Positions 1 to 7,513 of a stretch of DNA of 32,000 nt are shown in pieces; position 1 is the stretch's first letter; each line of letters opens with the position of its first letter. The translations under genes were made by a program, and so were the position numbers. The stretch is from an uncultured Lentisphaeria bacterium (lineage in GTDB: Bacteria; Verrucomicrobiota; Lentisphaeria; JABSQK01; JAJFLO01). The notes beneath the pieces were generated by a model that saw only the letters and a program-made list of their open reading frames with translations, was not told where the DNA came from and ran no database searches. The DNA is taken from the NCBI GenBank assembly GCA_951812855.1, contig OX638337.1, forward strand, positions 930,001-962,000, read 5' to 3'.

Positions 1-317
1 TCCAATTTATATTTTACAAAATGGCCAACCATTTTCTGAAGAGAGTCCTTCAGGATTGATATTGTTTTGTCTTTTTCCGGATAATAAATTGTCAATGCTT
101 TAGATGTATCGCCTTTGGTTGACTGTCTCAGGCAAAGAAAAGAATATAACCCTGCAACATGATCAATATGACCATGGGAGAGAAAAATTTTTTCAACTGC
201 GAATATTCCCTGTTTCAGGAATAATGAAGCACCTTCGCCACAGTCAAATAATAACCGGTCCGGTGCATAAAAAAACCAGTTGGAATAGAGTCCTTTGGAA
301 TATGCTTTAAGTATCAT
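1..317 (-). CDS. MBL-fold metallo-hydrolase (RNase Z/ElaC-like), N-terminal part; gene continues past the window edge
   Basis: Not in the ORF track because it is open to the edge. Hand translation of the minus strand from the ATG at 317-315 gives MILKAYSKGLYSNWFFYAPDRLLFDCGEGASLFLKQGIFAVEKIFLSHGHIDHVAGLYSFLCLRQ... It carries the HxHxDH metal-binding signature (SHGHIDH) of the metallo-beta-lactamase fold. The 104..310 plus ORF is its antisense shadow. Confidence 0.7.
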   Translation of the reverse strand, partial: MILKAYSKGLYSNWFFYAPDRLLFDCGEGASLFLKQGIFAVEKIFLSHGHIDHVAGLYSFLCLRQSTKGDTSKALTIYYPEKDKTISILKDSLQKMVGHFVKYKL

Positions 318-595
318 CGTTTTATCTGATAAGTTTTTAGATTTAACAAAAGGTCAATAAGATCACTAAAGAGTCTGCAATTACAAGAGGCTTCAATTTA
401 TTTGTATCTTGGGCATCCTGTTTGTGCAACATTTTTTGGTATTATAGTTTTGGAATTATTCTATTGAGAATATATGAATTCAGCAGGCTCCATAGAGTCT
501 CTGTATTTCAATCTGTCACCATTAAGACTGTTTCTAAAAAAATTAATGGATTTATAAGAGCCTTAATCAACCGTGAGTTTTTTCAATTGTTGTAA

Positions 596-1063
596 CGGTT
601 TGGCTGCCGTTTATTATTTCAGCATTATGGTACAAAAGAACAAAAAAACTATTACCTTCCAGACCTTGCAAATGGACAGGAAGTTTCCTGTTTCGCCTTA
701 ACCGAGCCAACTGCAGGACCTGATGCCGGGGCAATCGCCGCTCATGGAGAAATCTTCAAACATGAGAGTGGCGAACTTTATATGCGGCTTAACTTTCAAA
801 AACGCTACATTACACTGGCAGCTATATCAACGGTTATGGGATTGGCATTTAACCTGGATGATCCGGAAAACCTGCTTGGTAAAGGGACCGATTCAGGTAT
901 TACCTGTGCCTTAATTCCCAGTAATACACCTGGGGCTCGACTTGGAAGACGGCATGATCCTTTGGGTTCAGCTTTTTTCAATTGTCCAATTAATGGCGAA
1001 AATATTGAAGTGCCGTTGAACAAATATATTATCGGTGGAGTTGAAAATGCTGGCACATGTTAA
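596..1063 (+). pseudogene. Internal fragment of a FadE-type acyl-CoA dehydrogenase, truncated at both ends with no start codon
   Basis: The frame is open only from 596 (TAA at 593-595). Translation: ..[49 protein letters not shown]...[91 protein letters not shown]. By recall this follows the middle of E. coli FadE (LLQHYGT.EQK..YLP.LA.GQEI.CFALT.P.AGSDAGAI ... KRYITLAP.ATVLGLAF ... [11 protein letters not shown]...GRRH.PL ... DYIIGG...AG). Only about 155 aa of a much longer protein (about 800 aa by recall) remain. Similarity stops at about 1050-1056, where the RT remnant begins on the other strand. Confidence 0.7.
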
Positions 1064-1413
1064 TGAATTGTCTCTCTGCCGGCAGGGCAGTGACGCTTCC
1101 CGTAACCGTATAGTCTTTGACCATATTAAGTGCATTTTCTGCTTCCTCGAGATTTTGACACAAGACAACAAAATCATCCGCATAGCGGATCATATGAAAT
1201 CGGGATTCTGTCATCTGATGATCCAATGCATTCAGATAAAGACTGGCCAACACGGGTGAAATAACTGCCCCCGGAGAACTACCGCTTTGAGGTCTCCACG
1301 ATTCGAGAACGGCTCGGGCTTCGAACGGTGAGCTATTAAGTCCCTGAATAATTTCATTAACAAATCGATGATCGAGATCTATTCCATTTATTTAATGATG
1401 AGTGATTAATCAT
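1029..1413 (-). pseudogene. Group II intron-type reverse transcriptase remnant (frameshifted, internally deleted, C-terminally truncated)
   Basis: GGAGG (1425-1421) lies 7 nt before the ATG at 1413-1411, which opens MINHSSLNKWNRS..* (short frame). The next frame reads NGIDLDHRFVNEIIQGLNSSPFEARAVLESWRPQSGSSPGAVISPVLASLYLNALDHQMTESRFHMIRYADDFVVLCQNLEEAENALNMVKDY...ALPAERQFI. IIQ.L....P...V resembles RT0. PQ.G...ISP.LA..YL..LD is RT4 and RYADDFVV is the RT5 YADD box of group II intron RTs (compare my recall of LtrA: IIQSLKDGTYYPQPV / TPQGGILSPLLANIYLHELD / VRYADDFII). RT1-RT3, the X/maturase domain and the DNA-binding/endonuclease parts are absent. Confidence 0.7.
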
Positions 1414-1707
1414 TTGACGACCTCCAGAGTGATAAGGTTGATTTTACCAGGAGAAGAGAGAGTTCTGCCTTCCCCTGGTAAAATGCCCGCCACCCCGCCC
1501 CGGGACAACAGTAATTTCCTGGAAGTCAGGTGGTCGCCATATGTCACAAATATAGGCGGAACTCCAAATGAACACCTAATGCCCTTAGGTTAAAGGGCAT
1601 TGCATCCATACTGAGTTTCTGATAATCACGATCTGATCGTTTATGGATGATGATTCATATTAGTAATGAATCTTCGTATGATATTGAAACAGTCACTGTG
1701 AATCACA
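1029..1707 (-). mobile_element. Eroded group II intron remnant: 5' ribozyme-side non-coding segment plus decayed intron ORF; the 3' domains are missing
   Basis: The RT remnant (next feature) is preceded on the minus strand by about 300 nt of hairpin-rich non-coding sequence. This includes an 11-bp perfect inverted repeat (1441-1451 / 1474-1484) and a 9-bp stem (1578-1586 / 1593-1601). A GTGTG matching the GUGYG intron 5' consensus sits at 1707-1703 (minus). No domain V/VI-like sequence or intron 3' end is present because the element is cut off at about 1056. The 5' boundary is uncertain. Confidence 0.45.
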
Positions 1708-1741
1708 CAATTTAATAACCAGCTAATCTGAAAAATGACGT

Positions 1742-3202
1742 TTAAGCAGGCGATTTGTCCTCAATGGATTTAAGCAATTCTTCCCCGGGTTGAATACACT
1801 TTAAATCGTGGCCCAAAAATGATTCAATTTGAGGAATATTAAATGATTCATCTTCACAAGCAAAACTTATCGATTTTCCCAGTAAACCAGCCCTTCCTGT
1901 CCGCCCGATTCTATGGACATAATCTTCAGGATCATTGGGCAAATTATAATTTATAACCAGATTTACATTTTCAACATGCAATCCCCGGCCGGCAACATCG
2001 GTTGCCACTAAAATTCGAACTTTTTTATTCTTAAAATTTTCCAGTGTCTGTATCCGTTTTTTCTGAGCAACAGCACCTGTTAAAAGCGAACAATTGAATC
2101 CATGCTTGTTCAATGTTCTATTTAACATTTGCGTTTCATCCCGTGTATTGCTAAATATTATAACTGATTCAGAATTATCGTTTTTGAGAAGATTATATAG
2201 CAATACATATTTTTGTTCTGTTGTTACAATATACACATTTTGATTTACAGATTCAGATACAATATTTTCAGGATTAATTTCAGCGACATATGCATTTTTT
2301 GTCCAGCGGTCAACATAACGATCAATTTCCGGAACCATTGTTGCACTGAACATCAGAGTTTGTCTTGACTCTCTCGATGGAAGATAATAGACAATTTTAG
2401 TTACATCCGGTATAAACCCCATATCAAGCATTCGATCCGCTTCATCAATAACCAAAATTTCTACACACCGCAGATAAATGACTCGATTCCGCCTAAAATC
2501 CAAAAGCCTGCCGGGCGTAGCAATAACAATATCAATTAACTCGTTCTTAAGTCGTTTTTGTTGAAGATGATAGTCAATCCCGCCAATAACGCTCATAATG
2601 TTTAAATCACAGTATTTAGCTAAAAGTAATGCCTCTTCTTCAACCTGAATCGCCAACTCTCTTGTTGGGGCCAACACCAGTGCACGAGGCGATCCATTTT
2701 TACGGTTCTTATTACCGGAGCAACTCAATAATTGTATAAAAACGGAAATAAGAAAGGCAATCGTTTTACCCGTACCTGTCTGAGCTTGTCCAGAGCAGTC
2801 TCTGCCTTTAAGCGTTTCCGGCAGCACTGCTGCCTGAATAGGAGAACAGTATTCGAAGTTTAAATCTGCAATCGCATGTAAAACTTCATCGTCTAAACCT
2901 AAATCGTGGAAGCGAATCTTATCCTTTACTTTCTCAACTTGAAATGTTGAAGCATCCCACTTTTTATCCTTCGAAATGGATTCTGATTTGTTCACCTTAG
3001 GTTGATTACTTCTGACTCTTTTTTCAGATTTCCCGGAAATCGAATCATCTTCATGTCTATATCTCTTTTTTCTAACCCGTTTAACTTTTCTCTCCATCGG
3101 CTTAGGTTCAGTAACTGATTCTGTGTCATCAGGTGTTCGCTGCAATTTAGAAGCAGCAGACACCAACATTTTTTGTATATTTTTTAATATTTCTTTGACC
3201 AA
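1742..3202 (-). CDS. DEAD-box ATP-dependent RNA helicase (RhlB/RhlE-like) with a basic N-terminal extension
   Basis: 486-aa ORF carrying AQTGTGKT (motif I), PTRELA (Ia), VIDEADRM (DEAD box), SAT (III) and HRIGRTGRAG (VI). The track start at 3202 is a TTG. The in-frame ATG at 3169 (MLVSAAS..) is an alternative start. Confidence 0.9.
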   Translation of the reverse strand: MVKEILKNIQKMLVSAASKLQRTPDDTESVTEPKPMERKVKRVRKKRYRHEDDSISGKSEKRVRSNQPKVNKSESISKDKKWDASTFQVEKVKDKIRFHDLGLDDEVLHAIADLNFEYCSPIQAAVLPETLKGRDCSGQAQTGTGKTIAFLISVFIQLLSCSGNKNRKNGSPRALVLAPTRELAIQVEEEALLLAKYCDLNIMSVIGGIDYHLQQKRLKNELIDIVIATPGRLLDFRRNRVIYLRCVEILVIDEADRMLDMGFIPDVTKIVYYLPSRESRQTLMFSATMVPEIDRYVDRWTKNAYVAEINPENIVSESVNQNVYIVTTEQKYVLLYNLLKNDNSESVIIFSNTRDETQMLNRTLNKHGFNCSLLTGAVAQKKRIQTLENFKNKKVRILVATDVAGRGLHVENVNLVINYNLPNDPEDYVHRIGRTGRAGLLGKSISFACEDESFNIPQIESFLGHDLKCIQPGEELLKSIEDKSPA

Positions 3203-3642
3203 AATTTAATCCCCACGATTGAAACAGACACCAAAATCAATATGTGAAACATCACACTATTGTATTCCTATTTCCGTTTTTTTTTTGCACTCTCCAAATT
3301 TTTCAATTTCTACAACATGATCCTGAGTAAAACTTCCAAGGTATTTTATTCTACCCTTAACTTAGAATTTCAGCCCCTTTTGGAACCTTCTCAATTTTAT
3401 CTTACACAGGCTTTGAGATATCGTTTCAAACTAAGACCTTTTTCTTCTCTGGCTTATTTTGAGAATGGAGAGAAAGAGTTACAATTAATAACGCTGTTAA
3501 TAAAATTATAATGCTTCTGCCAGGTATACCGATTTCATATCCCCGCAACATAATAGAGCCATACTGAAACGAAATCAAATTTATGGAAAAAATGAGATGA
3601 GCCATTTAGGGCGGGATGCAGAAATTGAACCTGCAATTCTAT

Positions 3643-3671
3643 TTGCACATGCAGTTATTGCTTTTTATAAA
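3643..3671 (+). promoter_or_regulatory. Putative sigma70-type promoter for the metal-uptake module
   Basis: TTGCAC (3643-3648), a 17-nt spacer, then TATAAA (3666-3671), about 60 nt upstream of the 3730 start. A perfect 10-bp AT palindrome, AATATATATT (3678-3687), lies just downstream and could be an operator. The region is AT-rich, so both could arise by chance. Confidence 0.3.
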
Positions 3672-3729
3672 TCAGACAATATATATTATTCGGAAATGAA
3701 ATCGTCAATTAAGAATTCAATCAGCGTAA

Positions 3730-4140
3730 ATGAAAGAAAATAGAACTCAACTGGTTTCAAAATGGTCATCGGTACTGCTGTCCATAATCTTTATATGGAC
3801 GTTCAGTTTCCATGACTGGCACTATATCAGTGATGGTGAACACCACGATTGCGAGACTTGCAACACATTGACTGATGCATCCGATGTTTCTATTCAATGT
3901 GGTGGCCAGTGTAGTGATCCGGACCATCACCATCATGACCATTCCTCTACAGAACACTCTGACAATTGTATCGTATGCCAGGGGAACGGAGTTGACCATT
4001 GTTCACTGGCTCAGATTTCATTGTTATTGGTTTGCACTCCGCCGCCTTCTCCGGCCAGAAGCAGCCATCCTCAATCTTCAACTCATCTTTTCGACGCCTC
4101 CCCGCGGGGTCCTCCTGTACTGAACGGCTCTATAATATAA
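3730..4140 (+). CDS. His/Cys-rich small protein with an N-terminal hydrophobic anchor (putative periplasmic metal-binding protein)
   Basis: 136-aa ORF with a hydrophobic segment (SSVLLSIIFIWTFSF). Ligand-rich motifs follow: HDWH, EHHDCETC, CGGQC, DPDHHHHDH, CIVCQGNGVDHC. The tail is Pro/Ser-rich and ends ..SPRGPPVL. It is the first gene of a same-strand metal-transport cluster. There is no clear SD and several alternative-frame ORFs overlap it, so the frame call is tentative. Confidence 0.5.
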   Translation: MKENRTQLVSKWSSVLLSIIFIWTFSFHDWHYISDGEHHDCETCNTLTDASDVSIQCGGQCSDPDHHHHDHSSTEHSDNCIVCQGNGVDHCSLAQISLLLVCTPPPSPARSSHPQSSTHLFDASPRGPPVLNGSII

Positions 4141-4245
4141 TACTCCGATTTGACTGGCTGACGCCTTCACCTGCCGTGATCTGACTTTGTCCCGCCAGCA
4201 ATTTCCATTTTTAATCCACTTTTATAGAACTTAAAGGAGACTTAA

Positions 4246-5664
4246 ATGAATTTTCATCATGTTACGATTGTTGTTTTAACAATCATTTTTATTACAGGAG
4301 CAAACGCTCTGGGCGACGAGAACAGCAACGAAGTTGCAGCTCTTCGTCAGGAAATCAATCAACTGAAAAACCTGATATCAGATATAAAAGAGAAGTCTGC
4401 TCGGGAAACTGAGCAGTTGCGAGTAGAAATTAAGACAATGCAAGACAATTACGAAAGCCGAATCTCGGAGTTCAACAAAAAGATCGCAGGAATCAAATCG
4501 GATATGCCGTCTACCGATGATTCAGGCGTAACCGGCGCCGATTCACGTCGAATACGTGATAATAGTTTCAACCCGTCGATCGGTGTAGTTCTGAACGGGA
4601 AGTTTTCAGATTTTTCTGAGAAGAATTCAGAAATACTTGGATTCGGCATCGGCGAGGAAGGAGAACGCGGACGCGAGGGTCTTGGTATTGATGAATCGGA
4701 GATCAACTTTTCCTCTAACATTGACGACAAATTCTATGGAAGTGTGACTGCTGCAATCGTACGCGAGGGAGATGAGGATATTGTTGAGTTGGAAGAAGCG
4801 TATATCCAGACACTTCCTGATTTCGGACTGGCTGATGGTCTTACACTGAAAGCGGGACGTGCTTTCTGGACCCTGGGATACCTAAACGAACACCACGCCC
4901 ATTCTGACGATTTTGCCGACCGCCCCCTGCCCTATCGTGCTTACTTTAACAAATCATTCAATGATGACGGTTTGGAACTAACCTATGTAATGCCATTCGA
5001 CTTTTACACAGAAGTTGGAGGCGGTACATTTCGCGGAGATGATTTTCCCAGTGGAGGCGGAACAGGTTCTTCTCCGGAAAGTTTCTCTGGATTTATTCGA
5101 ATTGGAGCTGATATTGGCCACAATCAATCCTGGAGAATGGGAGGCTACTATCTGGGTTCCAATGTTAACCTGCGCAATTCAAATGAAGACAAAGTTACGT
5201 TTAGTGGAGAAAGTGATTTATACGGTACAGATTTTCGCTACACCTGGGCACCAACAGGAAACGCCAACGAACAGGAAATTATCCTGCAGGCTGAATACTT
5301 CAAACGAGATGATGATGGTTTTTATAATGATACGAATGAAAGTACCGGTTCAGTTAGATTTGATGACGATACTCGTGGTTGGTATGTCCAGGGTGTCTAT
5401 AAATTTCTACAAAATTGGAGAATTGGTGCACGTTATAGTGAACTTACCAGAGCAAAAACTCCAGCTGGACTAGAAGACAGTGCATTAGATGCGAAGGGAC
5501 ATGATCCGAATACAACCTCCTTAATGCTTGATTGGACAAATAGTGAATTTAGTCGTATTCGACTTCAATATAACTATGAAGAACTGAGTAAAAACGCGGA
5601 GGACAATCAATTGATACTACAATATATCATCAGCCTGGGAGCTCATGGTGCCCATAAATTCTAA
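4246..5664 (+). CDS. Outer-membrane beta-barrel protein with signal peptide and N-terminal coiled coil (porin-like, metal-cluster associated)
   Basis: 472-aa ORF preceded by a strong SD (AAGGAG at 4233-4238). It has a signal-like N-terminus (VVLTIIFITGANALG) and heptad-like EVAALRQEINQLKNLISDIKEK... The rest is rich in Gly/Tyr/Asp/Asn with alternating beta-strand pattern, and it ends in Phe (..GAHGAHKF), as is typical of OMPs. Confidence 0.65.
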   Translation: MNFHHVTIVVLTIIFITGANALGDENSNEVAALRQEINQLKNLISDIKEKSARETEQLRVEIKTMQDNYESRISEFNKKIAGIKSDMPSTDDSGVTGADSRRIRDNSFNPSIGVVLNGKFSDFSEKNSEILGFGIGEEGERGREGLGIDESEINFSSNIDDKFYGSVTAAIVREGDEDIVELEEAYIQTLPDFGLADGLTLKAGRAFWTLGYLNEHHAHSDDFADRPLPYRAYFNKSFNDDGLELTYVMPFDFYTEVGGGTFRGDDFPSGGGTGSSPESFSGFIRIGADIGHNQSWRMGGYYLGSNVNLRNSNEDKVTFSGESDLYGTDFRYTWAPTGNANEQEIILQAEYFKRDDDGFYNDTNESTGSVRFDDDTRGWYVQGVYKFLQNWRIGARYSELTRAKTPAGLEDSALDAKGHDPNTTSLMLDWTNSEFSRIRLQYNYEELSKNAEDNQLILQYIISLGAHGAHKF

Positions 5665-5695
5665 TATCTCTAATTTGAAACTGCGAGGAAAAAGC

Positions 5696-6607
5696 ATGTT
5701 TAAAAAATTATTAATTGTCATATCCATTGCCCTCTATTCTCTGCCGGCTTCCACAACGGCCAAAGTTAGAATATTTGCATGTGAACCCGAATGGGCATCT
5801 TTGTGTATAGAAATTGGAGGGGATAGGATCAATGTCTATTCCGCTACAACCGCTAATCAAGATCCACATTATATCAGAGCAAAACCAGGTTTAATTGCAA
5901 AAATGAGAAAAAGTGATTTGGTTATCGGCTCCGGGGCCAGCCTGGAGGCTGGCTGGCTGCCAATACTACTACGCAAATCGGGAAATCCTAAAACATCTCC
6001 CGGAGGAATTGGGTATCTAATGGCATCAGACTACGTTCCGATATTTGGTCGAACAAGTAAGGCAGACAGGAGTCATGGCGATATTCATCCAGAAGGAAAT
6101 CCTCATGTTCATTTGGATCCAAACAATATCAGCCTCGTAGCCGATGAGCTCGTCAAGCGTCTGGCATTGATCGAACCCGAAAACCAGCTCTATTTCCAAA
6201 AACAACATAAAATTTTTTCCGAGCGATGGCGTGCTGAAATAGCACGTTGGGAAAAATTCACCGAGAAATTCAGAGATAAGCCGGTCGCAGTCCATCATAC
6301 GTCATTTACTTACCTCGAGAATTGGCTTGGTCTCCGACGAATTGCAACGTTGGAGCCAAAGCCTGGATTACCACCGACAACATCACATCTTAAGTCATTG
6401 CTTAAAACGCTTAGGGGTAATCCGGCCAGAGTGATTCTGCGCGCACCCTATACCCGGGACAAAGGCAGCATATGGCTGTCAGACAAAACTGGTATTCCTG
6501 CACTGGAACTGCCCTATACTATAGGTGGAGATCACCATTGCAGCGATCTGTTCACACTCTATGATCGAACATTGGAATTGTTGAGTGAGGCTTTGGATGA
6601 TGAGTAA
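5696..6607 (+). CDS. Metal ABC transporter substrate-binding protein (ZnuA/TroA family)
   Basis: The track ORF starts at 5645. The likelier start is the ATG at 5696 (MFKKLLIVISIALYSLPASTTA, signal peptide), preceded by GAGGAA. Family hallmarks: NQDPHYIRAKPG, GDIHPEGNPHVHLDPNN, AVHHTSFTYL. The stop overlaps the permease start. Confidence 0.8.
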   Translation: MFKKLLIVISIALYSLPASTTAKVRIFACEPEWASLCIEIGGDRINVYSATTANQDPHYIRAKPGLIAKMRKSDLVIGSGASLEAGWLPILLRKSGNPKTSPGGIGYLMASDYVPIFGRTSKADRSHGDIHPEGNPHVHLDPNNISLVADELVKRLALIEPENQLYFQKQHKIFSERWRAEIARWEKFTEKFRDKPVAVHHTSFTYLENWLGLRRIATLEPKPGLPPTTSHLKSLLKTLRGNPARVILRAPYTRDKGSIWLSDKTGIPALELPYTIGGDHHCSDLFTLYDRTLELLSEALDDE

Positions 6608-7373
6608 TGAATTGATCGAGATCATAGGACCTGCATTTGTTGCGGGCCTCATGATTGCTCTCACTCACGCACCTCTCGGACTTGAGGTATATAAACGGGG
6701 AATCATTTTTATCGATCTGGCAATCGCACAATTCGCCGGTCTCGGGATGGTGACGGCAAACCTGATATGGCAGGAACCGGCATGGTGGATGGTTCAGATT
6801 CTTGCATTGGGATCGGCAATCGCAGCGTCGCTGGTCTTTCGGATGACAGAACGAATTCTTCCGGAAGAGCAAGAAGCCATTATTGGAAGCAGTTTTGTAC
6901 TTGCAGGAGCAACGGTAATCCTGCTTCTCGCAGATCAACCCCATGGTGGAGAGGAAATTCAACATCTCTTATCCGGCCAAATTCTTTTTGTCTCCTGGTC
7001 TGATGTAATATTCCATGTGCCGGTGTATTTATTCATACTCATATTATGGTTCAAATGGTCAGAGCATGCCAGACAGGGGAAACTATTCTATCTGTTATTT
7101 GCCTTTGCAATCACCTCTTCGGTCCAACTTGTCGGTGTTTTTGTTGTTTTCGCCAGCTTAATATTACCCGCACTTGCTGCGTTAAAATCGAAGCAAAAGT
7201 TGCCACTGGCATGGACCTGCGGTATTGCGTCAGTGATAATCGGTATTGTCGTTTCGACACTGATCGATGCACCGACAGGTCCAGTCATCGTTTTGACTTT
7301 TGTATTGACAGCTGTAACTATCAGAATTGCAACGGAACCGTTTAGCAACCTGTTTTCAACATCATTGAAGTAA
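6597..7373 (+). CDS. Metal ABC transporter permease (ZnuB / ABC-3 family)
   Basis: Polytopic hydrophobic ORF: FVAGLMIALTHAPLGLEVYKRGIIFIDLAIAQFAGLGMV..., LLSGQILFVSWSDV. ATG ATG at 6597/6600 overlaps the upstream stop (6605-6607). The track start at 6585 is a GTG. Confidence 0.8.
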   Translation: MMSNELIEIIGPAFVAGLMIALTHAPLGLEVYKRGIIFIDLAIAQFAGLGMVTANLIWQEPAWWMVQILALGSAIAASLVFRMTERILPEEQEAIIGSSFVLAGATVILLLADQPHGGEEIQHLLSGQILFVSWSDVIFHVPVYLFILILWFKWSEHARQGKLFYLLFAFAITSSVQLVGVFVVFASLILPALAALKSKQKLPLAWTCGIASVIIGIVVSTLIDAPTGPVIVLTFVLTAVTIRIATEPFSNLFSTSLK

Positions 7374-7477
7374 TTTCTATCAAAATAATTTTATAGTGAT
7401 TTTCGAATGTATTGGAACATTTTTCGGAATCCGGCGGGAGTATATAAACAAAGTATGGCTTGTTTGTGTTCACAGTA

Positions 7478-7510
7478 TAAAAATGAAAAGGGCGGCCGCA
7501 TGGCCGCCCT
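7478..7510 (-). terminator. Rho-independent terminator downstream of the tRNA
   Basis: GGGCGGCC (7490-7497) pairs with GGCCGCCC (7502-7509) around a 4-nt loop. On the minus strand the stem is followed by TTTTCATTTTT. It lies immediately 3' of the tRNA end at 7514. Confidence 0.65.
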
Positions 7511-7513
7511 GTC

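Noticed and set aside
104-310. 68-aa plus ORF at the window start
   Set aside because: It is antisense to the clearly recognisable MBL-fold hydrolase frame (HxHxDH motif) on the minus strand.
1035-1593. Plus-strand ORFs 1035..1259 and 1402..1593
   Set aside because: The first is the antisense shadow of the RT remnant. The second lies in the hairpin-rich intron remnant and has no coding features.
1029-1707. Possibility of an intact, mobile group II intron or a functional retron or defence RT
   Set aside because: The RT lacks RT1-3 and everything after RT5/6, and it has a frameshift near its start. No domain V/VI or 3' splice site can exist because the element is truncated at about 1056. The YADD context (IRYADDFVV) fits group II rather than retron RTs.
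1700-1745. Class C group II intron style insertion just after a terminator hairpin of the helicase gene
   Set aside because: No convincing stem-loop plus T-run is present between the helicase stop (1742) and the candidate intron 5' end (1707).
3260-3511. 83-aa plus-strand ORF (MYSYFRFFFALSKFFNFY...)
   Set aside because: The composition is low-complexity and Phe/Leu-rich, as expected from translating AT-rich intergenic DNA. It has no RBS and no recognisable motif.
3426-3605. 59-aa minus-strand hydrophobic ORF (MAHLIFSINLISFQYGSIMLRGYEIGIPG...) in the helicase/metal-cluster intergenic region
   Set aside because: No RBS, no motif and no way to test conservation here. It is indistinguishable from a chance ORF.
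3678-3687. AATATATATT palindrome downstream of the putative promoter as a Zur/Fur box
   Set aside because: It is only a 10-bp all-A/T palindrome in AT-rich DNA. The flanks do not extend the symmetry, and it does not match the Fur or Zur consensus sequences I can recall. It is kept only as a note under the promoter feature.
3766-4184. Alternative-frame ORFs over the His/Cys-rich gene (3766..3999 minus, 3875..4123 plus, 3999..4184 plus)
   Set aside because: They are mutually overlapping, have no anchor/ligand-motif organisation and do not fit the cluster. They probably reflect locally stop-poor composition. The 3730..4140 frame is preferred, though not proven.
7478-7510. The GC-rich hairpin as a bidirectional terminator that also ends the znuB-like transcript
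   Set aside because: On the plus strand the stem is followed by TGTCTGG with no U-run, so only the minus-strand (tRNA) orientation looks like an intrinsic terminator.
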